IMG/VR virus record: IMGVR_UViG_2617271049_000012 | Strand: one strand, 5' to 3' | DNA: 42,306 nucleotides | Source of the DNA: a virus | Taxonomy: Duplodnaviria; Heunggongvirae; Uroviricota; Caudoviricetes | Shown: positions 18,354 to 25,543 of the stretch, piece after piece | Numbering within the stretch: position 1 is the stretch's first letter | Layout of the letters: every line of letters begins with the position of its first letter | Made by a program: the position numbers and the translations under genes | Notes under the pieces: model-generated | The model's input: only the letters and a program-made list of their open reading frames with translations | What the model was told of the DNA's origin: nothing | Databases searched by the model: none

Positions 18354-18603
18354 GACCAGAAAAACCAGAGATAAGACAGCACCAAAATATCGCGCATTAG
18401 ACATGACAGAGCACGCCTTAAAGGTGGCAATCAGAACAATAGACCGCCATGCCGGAGAAGGATACGCAAAAGCACATCCAGAACTGATACGCGCATTCAT
18501 GACCACAGCGGCGGCAAACTTTGCCACGCTGACAGAACGGGAGATTGCCGAAGCGGAACAGGTGACAACCATCAACGTTAAAAACGGAGAGCATACAGCA
18601 TGA
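18352..18603 (+). CDS. Hypothetical protein (83 aa)
   Basis: ATG right after the iterons; stop overlaps the ssb start. Confidence 0.4.
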   Translation: MTRKTRDKTAPKYRALDMTEHALKVAIRTIDRHAGEGYAKAHPELIRAFMTTAAANFATLTEREIAEAEQVTTINVKNGEHTA

Positions 18604-19022
18604 CAGCACAGATAGCGGCTTACGGGCGGCTGGTGGCTGACCCGCAGTTAAAGACCACCAGCAAAGGGACACAAATGGCGATGGCGAGTATGGCGGTTCC
18701 CCTTCCGTGCAGCCAGGCAGATGACGGAACGGCGACGATGTGGTTATCCGTCCTGGCGTTTGGCAGGCAGGCCGACGCACTGGCAAAGCACCACAAAGGC
18801 GAACTGGTGAGCGTGGCGGGTAACATGCAGGTAAGCCAGTGGACAGGCCAGAACGGCGAAACGCGGCAGGGCTGGCAGGTTATCGCAGACAGCGTAATCA
18901 GTGCCAGAACGGCGCGACCGGGCGGCAAAAAAGGCCAGCAGGGCCAGGCTACTGACGCACTGAACAGGGCAAAACAACAGGCGGGAAATGATGATCCGTA
19001 CGGGGATAACATACCGTTTTAA
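18600..19022 (+). CDS. ssb: Single-stranded DNA-binding protein (SSB-like)
   Basis: OB-fold-like core, Gly/Gln-rich linker and acidic C-terminal tip (DDPYGDNIPF) resembling the SSB DDDIPF tail. Confidence 0.7.
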   Translation: MTAQIAAYGRLVADPQLKTTSKGTQMAMASMAVPLPCSQADDGTATMWLSVLAFGRQADALAKHHKGELVSVAGNMQVSQWTGQNGETRQGWQVIADSVISARTARPGGKKGQQGQATDALNRAKQQAGNDDPYGDNIPF

Positions 19023-19035
19023 GCAACGAGTGACA

Positions 19036-19063
19036 GAAGCCGGGATTTTTCCCGGCTTTTTTG
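19036..19063 (+). terminator. Rho-independent terminator after ssb
   Basis: AGCCGGG-ATTTTT-CCCGGCT followed by TTTTTTG; a second hairpin (19076-19100) with an upstream A run could terminate minus-strand transcription. Confidence 0.6.
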
Positions 19064-19196
19064 TGCGCAAAAAAAATCCCCCGGGATGAGGTTCCGGGGG
19101 ATTTCACGCCGCTAACGTGATTAGCGCTGAATGACTCTGTGGTACAAGGAGTAAAACCACGGCATCATGATTTCATGATTTGCAACAACAGTCAAT

Positions 19197-19219
19197 ATCA
19201 TTGCAAAAAATGCAATGAT
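19197..19219. promoter_or_regulatory. Perfect palindrome ATCATTGCA-AAAAA-TGCAATGAT upstream of the satellite capsid operon (candidate activator/operator site)
   Basis: 9-bp inverted arms around a 5-bp A spacer; shares the ATTGCAA core with the repeats at both island ends; preceded by direct repeats CATGATTT. Confidence 0.5.
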
Positions 19220-19280
19220 GATTAAAATCATGAATGACTTTTCGTTATGTTTATTTTTTAGTCAAAGAGGAATCTCATTT

Positions 19281-19487
19281 ATGGGAACACAGAAGCCGGG
19301 CGGTGTATCCGTGTACATCAGCCCCGATATTATCGCCGCACTTAATGCGCGCTTTGAGGAGAACGCAGAGGCAGGAAAAAAAATCGGCCTTGATCCGTTG
19401 TGCCTGGTGAAGCCGTCAGTCGGCTGGATGGTACGCAGCCATTTACGCGCTGCGCTTGGTATGAATCAGCCTCATGGGGGTGAGTAA
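19281..19487 (+). CDS. Hypothetical small protein preceding the capsid gene
   Basis: ATG with AAGAGGAA RBS; stop overlaps the capsid ATG (TAATG). Confidence 0.4.
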   Translation: MGTQKPGGVSVYISPDIIAALNARFEENAEAGKKIGLDPLCLVKPSVGWMVRSHLRAALGMNQPHGGE

Positions 19488-20542
19488 TGACAGCGCCGCA
19501 ACTGGTAAGCACACCAACGCTACTGAAAAATATCGGGCGCGAAGATGTGCCGGAATTTAAATTTAATCCACTCTTTACTACGTTGTTCTTTCCGAACGTC
19601 GCTACTTTCAGCACCAGAGATATTGCACTTGATACGCTGGATATTGAAAACGTGGTCATGAGTCCGTTTTGTTCTCCAATGTCAGGCAGCCAGGTTATGC
19701 GTGACAAAGGTTTCACAACGAACACGTTCACGCCGGGTTATATGAAGCCCAAACACGTTATTGATCCCACCAAAACAATCATGCGCATGCCTGGAGAACA
19801 GATCGGCAATGGTCAGTCTTCCCCGGCACTACGCCGCGTAAAAATGGTTCACGACAGCCAGAAAAAACAGCTTGCTGCCATCAAAGCGCGTGTTGAATGG
19901 CTGGCGGTCAATGCCATCACAACAGGCCGTAACGTTATTGAGGGCGAAGGCATTGAGCGTTATGAAATTGACTGGGGATTACCCGAAACCAATCATATTA
20001 CGCAGGCTGGCGGGAAAGAATGGTCAAAACAGGATGCCGAAACGTTTGATCCGATAAGCGACATTGAGGCTTACGCTGATTTTTCCGAAGGTACGGTAAA
20101 TATTATCGTCATAGGTGGCGAAGCCTGGCGTATTTTGCGCTCGTTCCGTCGATTCCGCGAACTAATGGACACGCGTCGCGGTTCAAACTCGTCACTTGAA
20201 CTTGCGCTAAAAGATTTGGGCGGCGTTGTCAGCTTCAAGGGGTATCTCGGTGATGTGGCGATCGTGGTTTATTCCGGTCGTTATGACGACGAAAACGGGC
20301 AGCAGCAATATTTCCTGAAACAAAACATGATGGTTTTCGGCAATACCGAAAATAAAGGCCTTGTTGCTTATGGTGCCATCATGGATCAGGACGCGGCACG
20401 CGAGGGATTTTCTGAGGGGATGTACTACCCGAAAAATTATATCGTACCGGGCGATCCGGCGATTGAATACGTGCAGACGCACAGCGCCCCGCAGCCAGTA
20501 CCCGTGGATATTGGTCGCTTTGTTACCGTCGAAGTGAAATAA
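19487..20542 (+). CDS. Major capsid protein, lambda gpE-like (satellite-encoded paralog)
   Basis: 351 aa colinear with lambda gpE (F.F.PLF...FF.....PGY.KPKH...NITQAGG.EWSK.D..TFDP..D.EAY......NII...WR.LRSF..F.E..DTRRGSNS.LE.A.KDLG..VS.KGY.GDVAIVVYSGRY...). Diverged from the host-phage E at 25544..26572. Confidence 0.9.
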   Translation: MTAPQLVSTPTLLKNIGREDVPEFKFNPLFTTLFFPNVATFSTRDIALDTLDIENVVMSPFCSPMSGSQVMRDKGFTTNTFTPGYMKPKHVIDPTKTIMRMPGEQIGNGQSSPALRRVKMVHDSQKKQLAAIKARVEWLAVNAITTGRNVIEGEGIERYEIDWGLPETNHITQAGGKEWSKQDAETFDPISDIEAYADFSEGTVNIIVIGGEAWRILRSFRRFRELMDTRRGSNSSLELALKDLGGVVSFKGYLGDVAIVVYSGRYDDENGQQQYFLKQNMMVFGNTENKGLVAYGAIMDQDAAREGFSEGMYYPKNYIVPGDPAIEYVQTHSAPQPVPVDIGRFVTVEVK

Positions 20543-20552
20543 AGGGGATCGT

Positions 20553-20882
20553 ATGCCAACACCTTACACGCAATTCCTTTCCGGCACGCAGGAACTGGTC
20601 AGCACGCTGGCCTGTTTTGCCAGTGCCGGAGAAATTAAAGCGAGAACTCCGCTGATGCAGAACGGCGCGGGCCTGATGGTTGAGTGGGACGGTACACCCG
20701 GTAAGGCGGTGTATCTGACCATATCGGACATTAACACGGCCACAAAAAACCGCGCACAGGTTTATAAGTGCGGGGTTTTTAATATCGATGAAATTAACTG
20801 GCCTGATACAGCGGACACGTTCGAGAAAAAAGTGTCGGCTTTTGTTGGTTCCGGTATTTCCGTGCAGCCTTTAGGGCAATAA
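20553..20882 (+). CDS. Head decoration protein, lambda gpD-like (satellite-encoded)
   Basis: 109 aa; gpD-like motifs (TPLM......WDGT.G.AV.......YK.G.F....WPD.A.....AF.G..IS) directly after the capsid gene. Confidence 0.65.
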   Translation: MPTPYTQFLSGTQELVSTLACFASAGEIKARTPLMQNGAGLMVEWDGTPGKAVYLTISDINTATKNRAQVYKCGVFNIDEINWPDTADTFEKKVSAFVGSGISVQPLGQ

Positions 20883-20896
20883 TTTTGTGGTGATTT

Positions 20897-21322
20897 ATGA
20901 CTGAGAAAGCAAATTCAACCAGAGCATTGATCATGGCACTGCCTGAGGCGCAGAAATACCCGACGCTTGCGGAAAATCTCGCAAATAATGGCGCATCACT
21001 GACAGAAGCCCGAACGGTGCTTACTGCAAAGGCTGAGAGTGATAAACAGCGCATAGAGGGTATCAAGGCGTTACCGCTGGCATCAAAATACCCTGAGTTC
21101 ACCAGTAAGCTGATTGAGTGTGGTTCTGAAGTAATGACAGTAACCTATGCACAAACGTTACTGGCTGCCGTGGATGCCCAGGCAATGATGCAGGAAAAGA
21201 AAACGGCTTTTCTGTTTGAAGCGTACATGGAAAAGCACAGCCCGAAATGTGTTGGGCCAGCAGCCGGTGATGGCAACGCCGGACTGACCGAAGATGAAAA
21301 GCTGTTGCTGTCTGTTAAGTAA
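20897..21322 (+). CDS. Putative scaffold protein (Nu3-like) with ALPEA/ALPLA repeat motifs
   Basis: Two repeats (ALPEAQKYPTLAENLANNGASLTEARTVL / ALPLASKYPEFTSKLIECGSEVMTVTYAQTLLAAVD) resembling the ALPEAKGREQLA..LAEQPGMTVEQAKTLLAAAP repeats in the host-phage C/Nu3. Confidence 0.5.
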   Translation: MTEKANSTRALIMALPEAQKYPTLAENLANNGASLTEARTVLTAKAESDKQRIEGIKALPLASKYPEFTSKLIECGSEVMTVTYAQTLLAAVDAQAMMQEKKTAFLFEAYMEKHSPKCVGPAAGDGNAGLTEDEKLLLSVK

Positions 21323-21336
21323 CTGAAATGAACGTT

Positions 21337-21368
21337 CGCGAGGCTGGCAAGGTCTCGCGATTTTTTTT
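21337..21368 (+). terminator. Rho-independent terminator
   Basis: TCGCGAG-loop-CTCGCGA followed by TTTTTTTT. Confidence 0.6.
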
Positions 21369-21394
21369 GTATCCGGAACGGTGGTGATCGCCCC

Positions 21395-21480
21395 AATTTT
21401 CACGGGTCCTTTCCAGAATCAGAAACACCGCGGGGCGGCAGACGCGCAAAAACGCGCTATTTATGAAAATTTTTCAGGAA
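21395..21480 (+). other. Satellite cos site (cosQ/cosN-like) mimicking the host-phage cos
   Basis: CACGGGTCCTTTCC...CGCGGGGCGGCAGACGCGC...CGCTATTTATGAAAATTTTTCAGG parallels the host cos at 8250..8330; directly upstream of the satellite terS. Confidence 0.75.
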
Positions 21481-21620
21481 AAAGCATGTCGGTACTTCTC
21501 GCGCATAACTGTTTGTTTTTATTAAAATCAACCACCAGGAACATACGACATCATAAAGCCCAAAAATCCTGTTTTTTTGGCGTTTCATGTCGGAACTGGT
21601 TTTTGATAAGGAATTGATAG

Positions 21621-22223
21621 ATGAATGTTAATAAAAATAATCTTGCGAAGATTTTTGGCGTCGATCCGCGCACGATTGAACGATGGCAAACGCAAGGGCT
21701 TCCCCATGTATCTGGTGGGGGTAAAGGTGTGGAGGTGACTTTCGACTCTGCGCAGGTGATCGAATGGTATGCACAGAGGGAGAAGGACATCGAAAACGAA
21801 AAACTCCGCAGGGAACTTGATGATTTACGTGCCGATGGTGAATCAGATTTACAGCCAGGCACAACAGAATACGAACGCTATCGCCTCACCAAAGCACAGG
21901 CGGACGGGCAGGAGCTAAAGAACACCAAGGAGACAGGGGAAGTTATCGATACTGAGTTCGTGCTCTATGCGCTTCGTGGGCTGGCGAGCCAGATTTCTTC
22001 GATCATGGATAGTTTACCGCTCACAATGCAAAGGCAGTTCCCCGCGATGACTCAGACAATGATCGAGGGACTGAGGAAGGAAACAGCACGGGCCTGTAAT
22101 GCGTGCGCTAAAACTGCCGATAACCTGCCCCGCATTCTGGAAGACTACCTGATGGAAACAACCGGAAACGTGCCGGAGAAATTACGGCAACAGAAAGGTG
22201 AGTGGCAGCCGCGCAATTATTGA
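21621..22223 (+). CDS. Terminase small subunit, Nu1-like (satellite-encoded paralog)
   Basis: N-terminal region near-colinear with the host Nu1 ([79 protein letters not shown]); C-terminal part diverged and longer (200 aa). Confidence 0.85.
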   Translation: MNVNKNNLAKIFGVDPRTIERWQTQGLPHVSGGGKGVEVTFDSAQVIEWYAQREKDIENEKLRRELDDLRADGESDLQPGTTEYERYRLTKAQADGQELKNTKETGEVIDTEFVLYALRGLASQISSIMDSLPLTMQRQFPAMTQTMIEGLRKETARACNACAKTADNLPRILEDYLMETTGNVPEKLRQQKGEWQPRNY

Positions 22224-22233
22224 ACAAAACTGA

Positions 22234-22296
22234 GAAAGGATCTGATAACGTCATTTTTGGCCCAAAATGACCACTGTCAGATCCTTTCTTTTTTTG
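22234..22296 (+). terminator. Long-stem terminator after the satellite terS
   Basis: AGAAAGGATCTGA...TCAGATCCTTTCT inverted repeat followed by TTTTTTT. Confidence 0.55.
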
Positions 22297-22470
22297 ATGA
22301 TTTTACCATTAAACAATGAGTTACAGAGAAGAAGAACGGATCTGACTTTTCCCGAAAAATTTTCATAAACAGTTAAGAATTGCGCGTATGGCTACCCCCG
22401 GTGTTTTATTTTCCAGGAAGGACCCGCCACAATTACGGCATTGTTTTCCATCACCACGGAGGCCATGACA

Positions 22471-22656
22471 ATGACCGAAGCCGAAATGCTCAAAATGATT
22501 CGCCGCGTTACCGGATCCAGCAAGACAGCAGGCAAACAGGAGACCACGCAGCCGGACAGCGTGATAGCCGAAAATTACGCGCGTGTGGTGGCTGAGGTGA
22601 TGCGCCGTGACGGTATTCACAAGCAACAATTTGCGTATTGCAATGTGTATTGCTAA
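22471..22656 (+). CDS. Hypothetical small protein at the right end of the island
   Basis: GGAGG RBS 9 nt upstream of ATG 22471; 3' end runs through the GTATTGCAA repeats near attR. Confidence 0.3.
   Translation: MTEAEMLKMIRRVTGSSKTAGKQETTQPDSVIAENYARVVAEVMRRDGIHKQQFAYCNVYC
22633..22654. repeat. Two direct copies of (G/T)CGTATTGCAA / GTGTATTGC near attR
   Basis: Same motif and orientation as the three copies near attL. Confidence 0.55.
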
Positions 22657-22728
22657 CCCTCCAAACGGGTGAAATATGCAAACATAACATATTGTTTTGT
22701 CTTTTTATTTTTTCGTATCTTTTCATAA

Positions 22729-22735
22729 GCGCCAT
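22729..22735. repeat. attR core (GCGCCAT), right copy of direct repeat
   Basis: Identical to 11924..11930; its last base pair is the first base of the portal codon ATG (M) that resumes the reading frame. Confidence 0.6.
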
Positions 22736-23492
22736 GTATGCCGCCACGATTGAATCCACACTGGATTCGGAAAAAGCGTTTGAATATATCGCCGGGGTGG
22801 GAGATGGAGGTAAAAATCCCCTGAACACCATCATGAAAGGCTACGCGCGTTATTACGCCACCAATACGGTAAAACTGGGAGGGGTCCGTATTCCGCATCT
22901 TTACCCGGGAGATTCACTGAATCTGCAGACAGCCCAGAATGCGGATAATGGTTTTTCTGAACTGGAAAAGGCGCTGTTACGTTACATTGCTGCCGGACTG
23001 GGTGTGTCGTATGAGCAGCTTTCCCGGGATTATTCACAGGTCAGTTATTCCAGTGCCAGGGCATCCGCCAATGAGTCGTGGCGGTATTTTATGGGAAAAC
23101 GAAAATTTGTGGCCAGTCGCCTGGCGTCACAGATGTTTGCCTGCTGGCTGGAGGAAGCCCTTATTCGTGGTGTGATCCGTCCGCCGAAATCCCGTTTCTC
23201 ATTCTGGGAGGCCCGTTCCGGGTGGTGCCGTGCCGAGTGGATTGGTGCCGGTCGTATGGCGATTGATGGCCTTAAGGAAGTGCAGGAAGCGGTGATGCGC
23301 ATTGAAGGCGGCCTGAGTACATACGAGAAAGAGCTGGCCCTGATGGGGGATGACTATCAGGAGATTTTCCGCCAGCAGCTACGGGAAACTCAGGAGCGAC
23401 AGGCTGCCGGTCTTCCGCGTCCGGTCTGGATAAAGGACGCGTTTCAACAGCAGATCCGACAGACAACGGGAGAAAAAGGCGATGCGCTGTAA
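22734..23492 (+). CDS. B: Portal protein B, 3' portion (about 252 codons)
   Basis: MYAATIES...DSLNLQTAQ..DNG.S..E..LLRYIAAGLGVSYEQLSR.Y.Q.SYS.ARASANESW.YFMG.RKFVAS...WIG.GRMAIDGLKEVQEAVM.IE.GLSTYEKE colinear with the lambda gpB C-terminal half; joins in frame to 11928. Confidence 0.85.
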   Translation: MYAATIESTLDSEKAFEYIAGVGDGGKNPLNTIMKGYARYYATNTVKLGGVRIPHLYPGDSLNLQTAQNADNGFSELEKALLRYIAAGLGVSYEQLSRDYSQVSYSSARASANESWRYFMGKRKFVASRLASQMFACWLEEALIRGVIRPPKSRFSFWEARSGWCRAEWIGAGRMAIDGLKEVQEAVMRIEGGLSTYEKELALMGDDYQEIFRQQLRETQERQAAGLPRPVWIKDAFQQQIRQTTGEKGDAL

Positions 23493-25098
23493 TTTATCAC
23501 ATATTGCCGCGATGGCATTTAATGAGCCGCTTTTACTGGAACCCGCCTATGCGCGGGTTTTCTTTTGCGCACTGGGTAAGGAGATGGGGGCGGGCAGCCT
23601 TGCCGTTCCGCAGCAGGCCGTTCAGCTTGATGCCGATGGTATGCAGCTGGCGGTTACCGATTATATGACTGGTGGTCCGCGTCCGGTAAAGAGTTACCAG
23701 GTGAAAAATGGTATTGCCATTCTGCCGGTGAGCGGCACGCTGGTACATAAAATGGGTACCCTGCGGCCATATTCCGGTATGACCGGTTATGACGGTCTGA
23801 CTGCCCGTCTTAAGTCAGCGGTGAACGACCCGGATGTACGCGGCATTTTACTGGATATCGACAGTCCGGGTGGTCAGGCTGCCGGGGCGTTTGACTGTGC
23901 TGACATGATTTACCGTCTGCGGGAACAGAAGCCCGTGTGGGCGCTGTGTAATGACATGGCCTGTTCAGCCGCCATGTTGCTGGCGGCGGCCTGTACGCGT
24001 CGGCTGGTCACGCAGACGGCAAAAATTGGTTCGATTGGTGTGATGATGGCGCACACCAGTTACGAGAAACAACTGGCACAGGAAGGCGTGGATATCACGC
24101 TGATTTACTCCGGGCAGCACAAGGTTGACGGCAACAGTATTCAGGCGTTGCCGACAGGTGTGCGTGCGGATTTTCAGCGCCGTATTGATGAGGCCCGCCG
24201 GATGTTTGTCGACAAGGTGGCGCTTTATACGGGGCTGAGTTCAGAGGCGGTGATGAATACCGAGGCTGCCGTTTATGACGGTCAGGCAGGCATTGATACA
24301 GGCCTGGCTGATCAACTGATTAATGCTGCAGATGCCGTTGATGTAATGGTTTCTGCTCTGAACGACTCTGTTACACAGGAGAATACGATGACAACAAAAA
24401 ATCTCACCGTTGCTGAAGCGGTGTCCCGGGAAAATCAGCGCGTGATGGGGATCCTGAATTGTCAGGAGGCGAAAGGACGCGAAAAACTGGCGCAGATGCT
24501 GGCAGGTCAGCAGGGAATGTCAGTTGAGCAGGCAAAAACATTACTGGCGGCAGCACCGGTTGCCGGTACTGACAGCACAGGCGATCAGATTATGGCACTT
24601 CCGGAAGCAAAAGGGCGTGAACAACTGGCACGGACGCTGGCTGAACAGCCGGGAATGACGGTGGAGCAGGCGAAAACGTTACTGGCAGCGGCACCGGTTT
24701 CCGGTGCGGCAAGTACCGGCGAGCAGATTATGGCACTTCCGGAAGCAAAAGGGCGTGAACAACTCGCACAGGCGCTGGCTGAACAGCCGGGAATGACGGT
24801 GGAACAGGCGAAAATGCTACTGGTAGCGGCACCGGCAACCGGTACGGCAAGTACCGGCGATCAAATTATTGCGTTGCCGGAAGCAAAAGGACGCGAAAAA
24901 CTGGCACAGGCGCTGGCTGAACAACCTGGAATGACAGTGGAGCAGGCGAAAACGCTGCTGGCAGCTGCGCCATCAGTATCGCAACCGTCACAGGTAACAC
25001 TTTTTGAGCGCTTCATGGCACAGCATGCCGCCAGTGCCGTTTCCGGTGGCGGAACTGCCGGGAACGGGGAAGAAGAACTGCTGATGAGTATGCCGTAA
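23482..25098 (+). CDS. C: Head protein C (S49-family prohead protease) with embedded Nu3-like scaffold region
   Basis: Colinear with lambda gpC (HIA.MAFNEPL.LEPAYARVFFCAL...PVSGTLV......PYSGMTGY.G...RL..A..DP.V.GILLD.D.PGG...GAFDCAD.I.R.R...PVWAL.NDM.CSA..LLA.A..RRLVTQTA..GSIGVMMAH); C-terminal tandem repeats. Confidence 0.9.
   Translation: MRCNLSHIAAMAFNEPLLLEPAYARVFFCALGKEMGAGSLAVPQQAVQLDADGMQLAVTDYMTGGPRPVKSYQVKNGIAILPVSGTLVHKMGTLRPYSGMTGYDGLTARLKSAVNDPDVRGILLDIDSPGGQAAGAFDCADMIYRLREQKPVWALCNDMACSAAMLLAAACTRRLVTQTAKIGSIGVMMAHTSYEKQLAQEGVDITLIYSGQHKVDGNSIQALPTGVRADFQRRIDEARRMFVDKVALYTGLSSEAVMNTEAAVYDGQAGIDTGLADQLINAADAVDVMVSALNDSVTQENTMTTKNLTVAEAVSRENQRVMGILNCQEAKGREKLAQMLAGQQGMSVEQAKTLLAAAPVAGTDSTGDQIMALPEAKGREQLARTLAEQPGMTVEQAKTLLAAAPVSGAASTGEQIMALPEAKGREQLAQALAEQPGMTVEQAKMLLVAAPATGTASTGDQIIALPEAKGREKLAQALAEQPGMTVEQAKTLLAAAPSVSQPSQVTLFERFMAQHAASAVSGGGTAGNGEEELLMSMP
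24451..24990 (+). repeat. Four tandem 138-bp (46-aa) in-frame repeats within the C/Nu3 coding region
   Basis: Period confirmed by ATTATGGCACTTCCGGAAGCAAAAGG at 24589 and 24727 and ATTATTGCGTTGCCGGAAGCAAAAGG at 24865; protein repeat IMALPEAKGREQLA..LAEQPGMTVEQAKTLLAAAP..G..STG.Q. Confidence 0.85.
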
Positions 25099-25138
25099 GC
25101 GGGGATCCGTGATTCAGATAAATCAGGAGACTGAGAAA

Positions 25139-25474
25139 ATGATTAAAACCACCACAGAAAAGCGCGCGGACGGGCGCATTTTTGCCGGAAGCGATCCGGT
25201 ATATACCGCAACAGGTACCAGTGGTATCAGTGTTGCCACGCCTTCACTGACGCCACTGATGCTGGATGACGCCAGCGGAAAACTGGTGGCATGGGATGGT
25301 CAGAAAGCCGGAACGGCTGTGGGGGTGCTGGTACTGGCGCTGGCCGGGACCGAGCCCACACTGACGTACTACAAAAGCGGTACGTTTGCCACCGAATCGC
25401 TGGTCTGGCCGGATTCGGTGGATGCGGTGAAAAAAGCCAACGCGTTTGTGGGAAGTGCCATCAGCCACGCCTGA
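25139..25474 (+). CDS. D: Head decoration protein D
   Basis: AGGAGA RBS; gpD-like (TPLMLDDASGKLVAWDG...AVGVLVLA.....TLTYYKSGTF..E.LVWPD........AFVGSAIS). Confidence 0.85.
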   Translation: MIKTTTEKRADGRIFAGSDPVYTATGTSGISVATPSLTPLMLDDASGKLVAWDGQKAGTAVGVLVLALAGTEPTLTYYKSGTFATESLVWPDSVDAVKKANAFVGSAISHA

Positions 25475-25498
25475 TGGTGAAGTGATTAACTGAAAAAA

Positions 25499-25527
25499 CG
25501 GGTCGTGATGCGGCCCGTTTGTGTTTT
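25499..25527 (+). terminator. Possible attenuator hairpin between D and E
   Basis: CGGGTCG-TGATG-CGGCCCG (one G-U pair) followed by TTTGTGTTTTT; weak. Confidence 0.3.
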
Positions 25528-25543
25528 TAAAGGAAAGTCAATT

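Larger units (their letters stand above)
11924..22735 (+). mobile_element. About 10.8 kb integrative phage-satellite-like island (PICI/P4-like) inserted in frame into portal gene B
   Basis: Splits the portal ORF exactly between codons; 7-bp direct repeat GCGCCAT at both junctions; carries int, alpA, bro, repressor/operators, rep/iterons, ssb, capsid E-like, D-like, Nu3-like, cos and Nu1-like terS; lacks portal, protease, terL and tail genes. Confidence 0.8.

Noticed and set aside
24451-24990. 138-bp tandem repeats considered as a possible CRISPR or intergenic repeat
   Set aside because: They are in frame inside the C/Nu3 ORF and encode a repeated peptide; no spacers.
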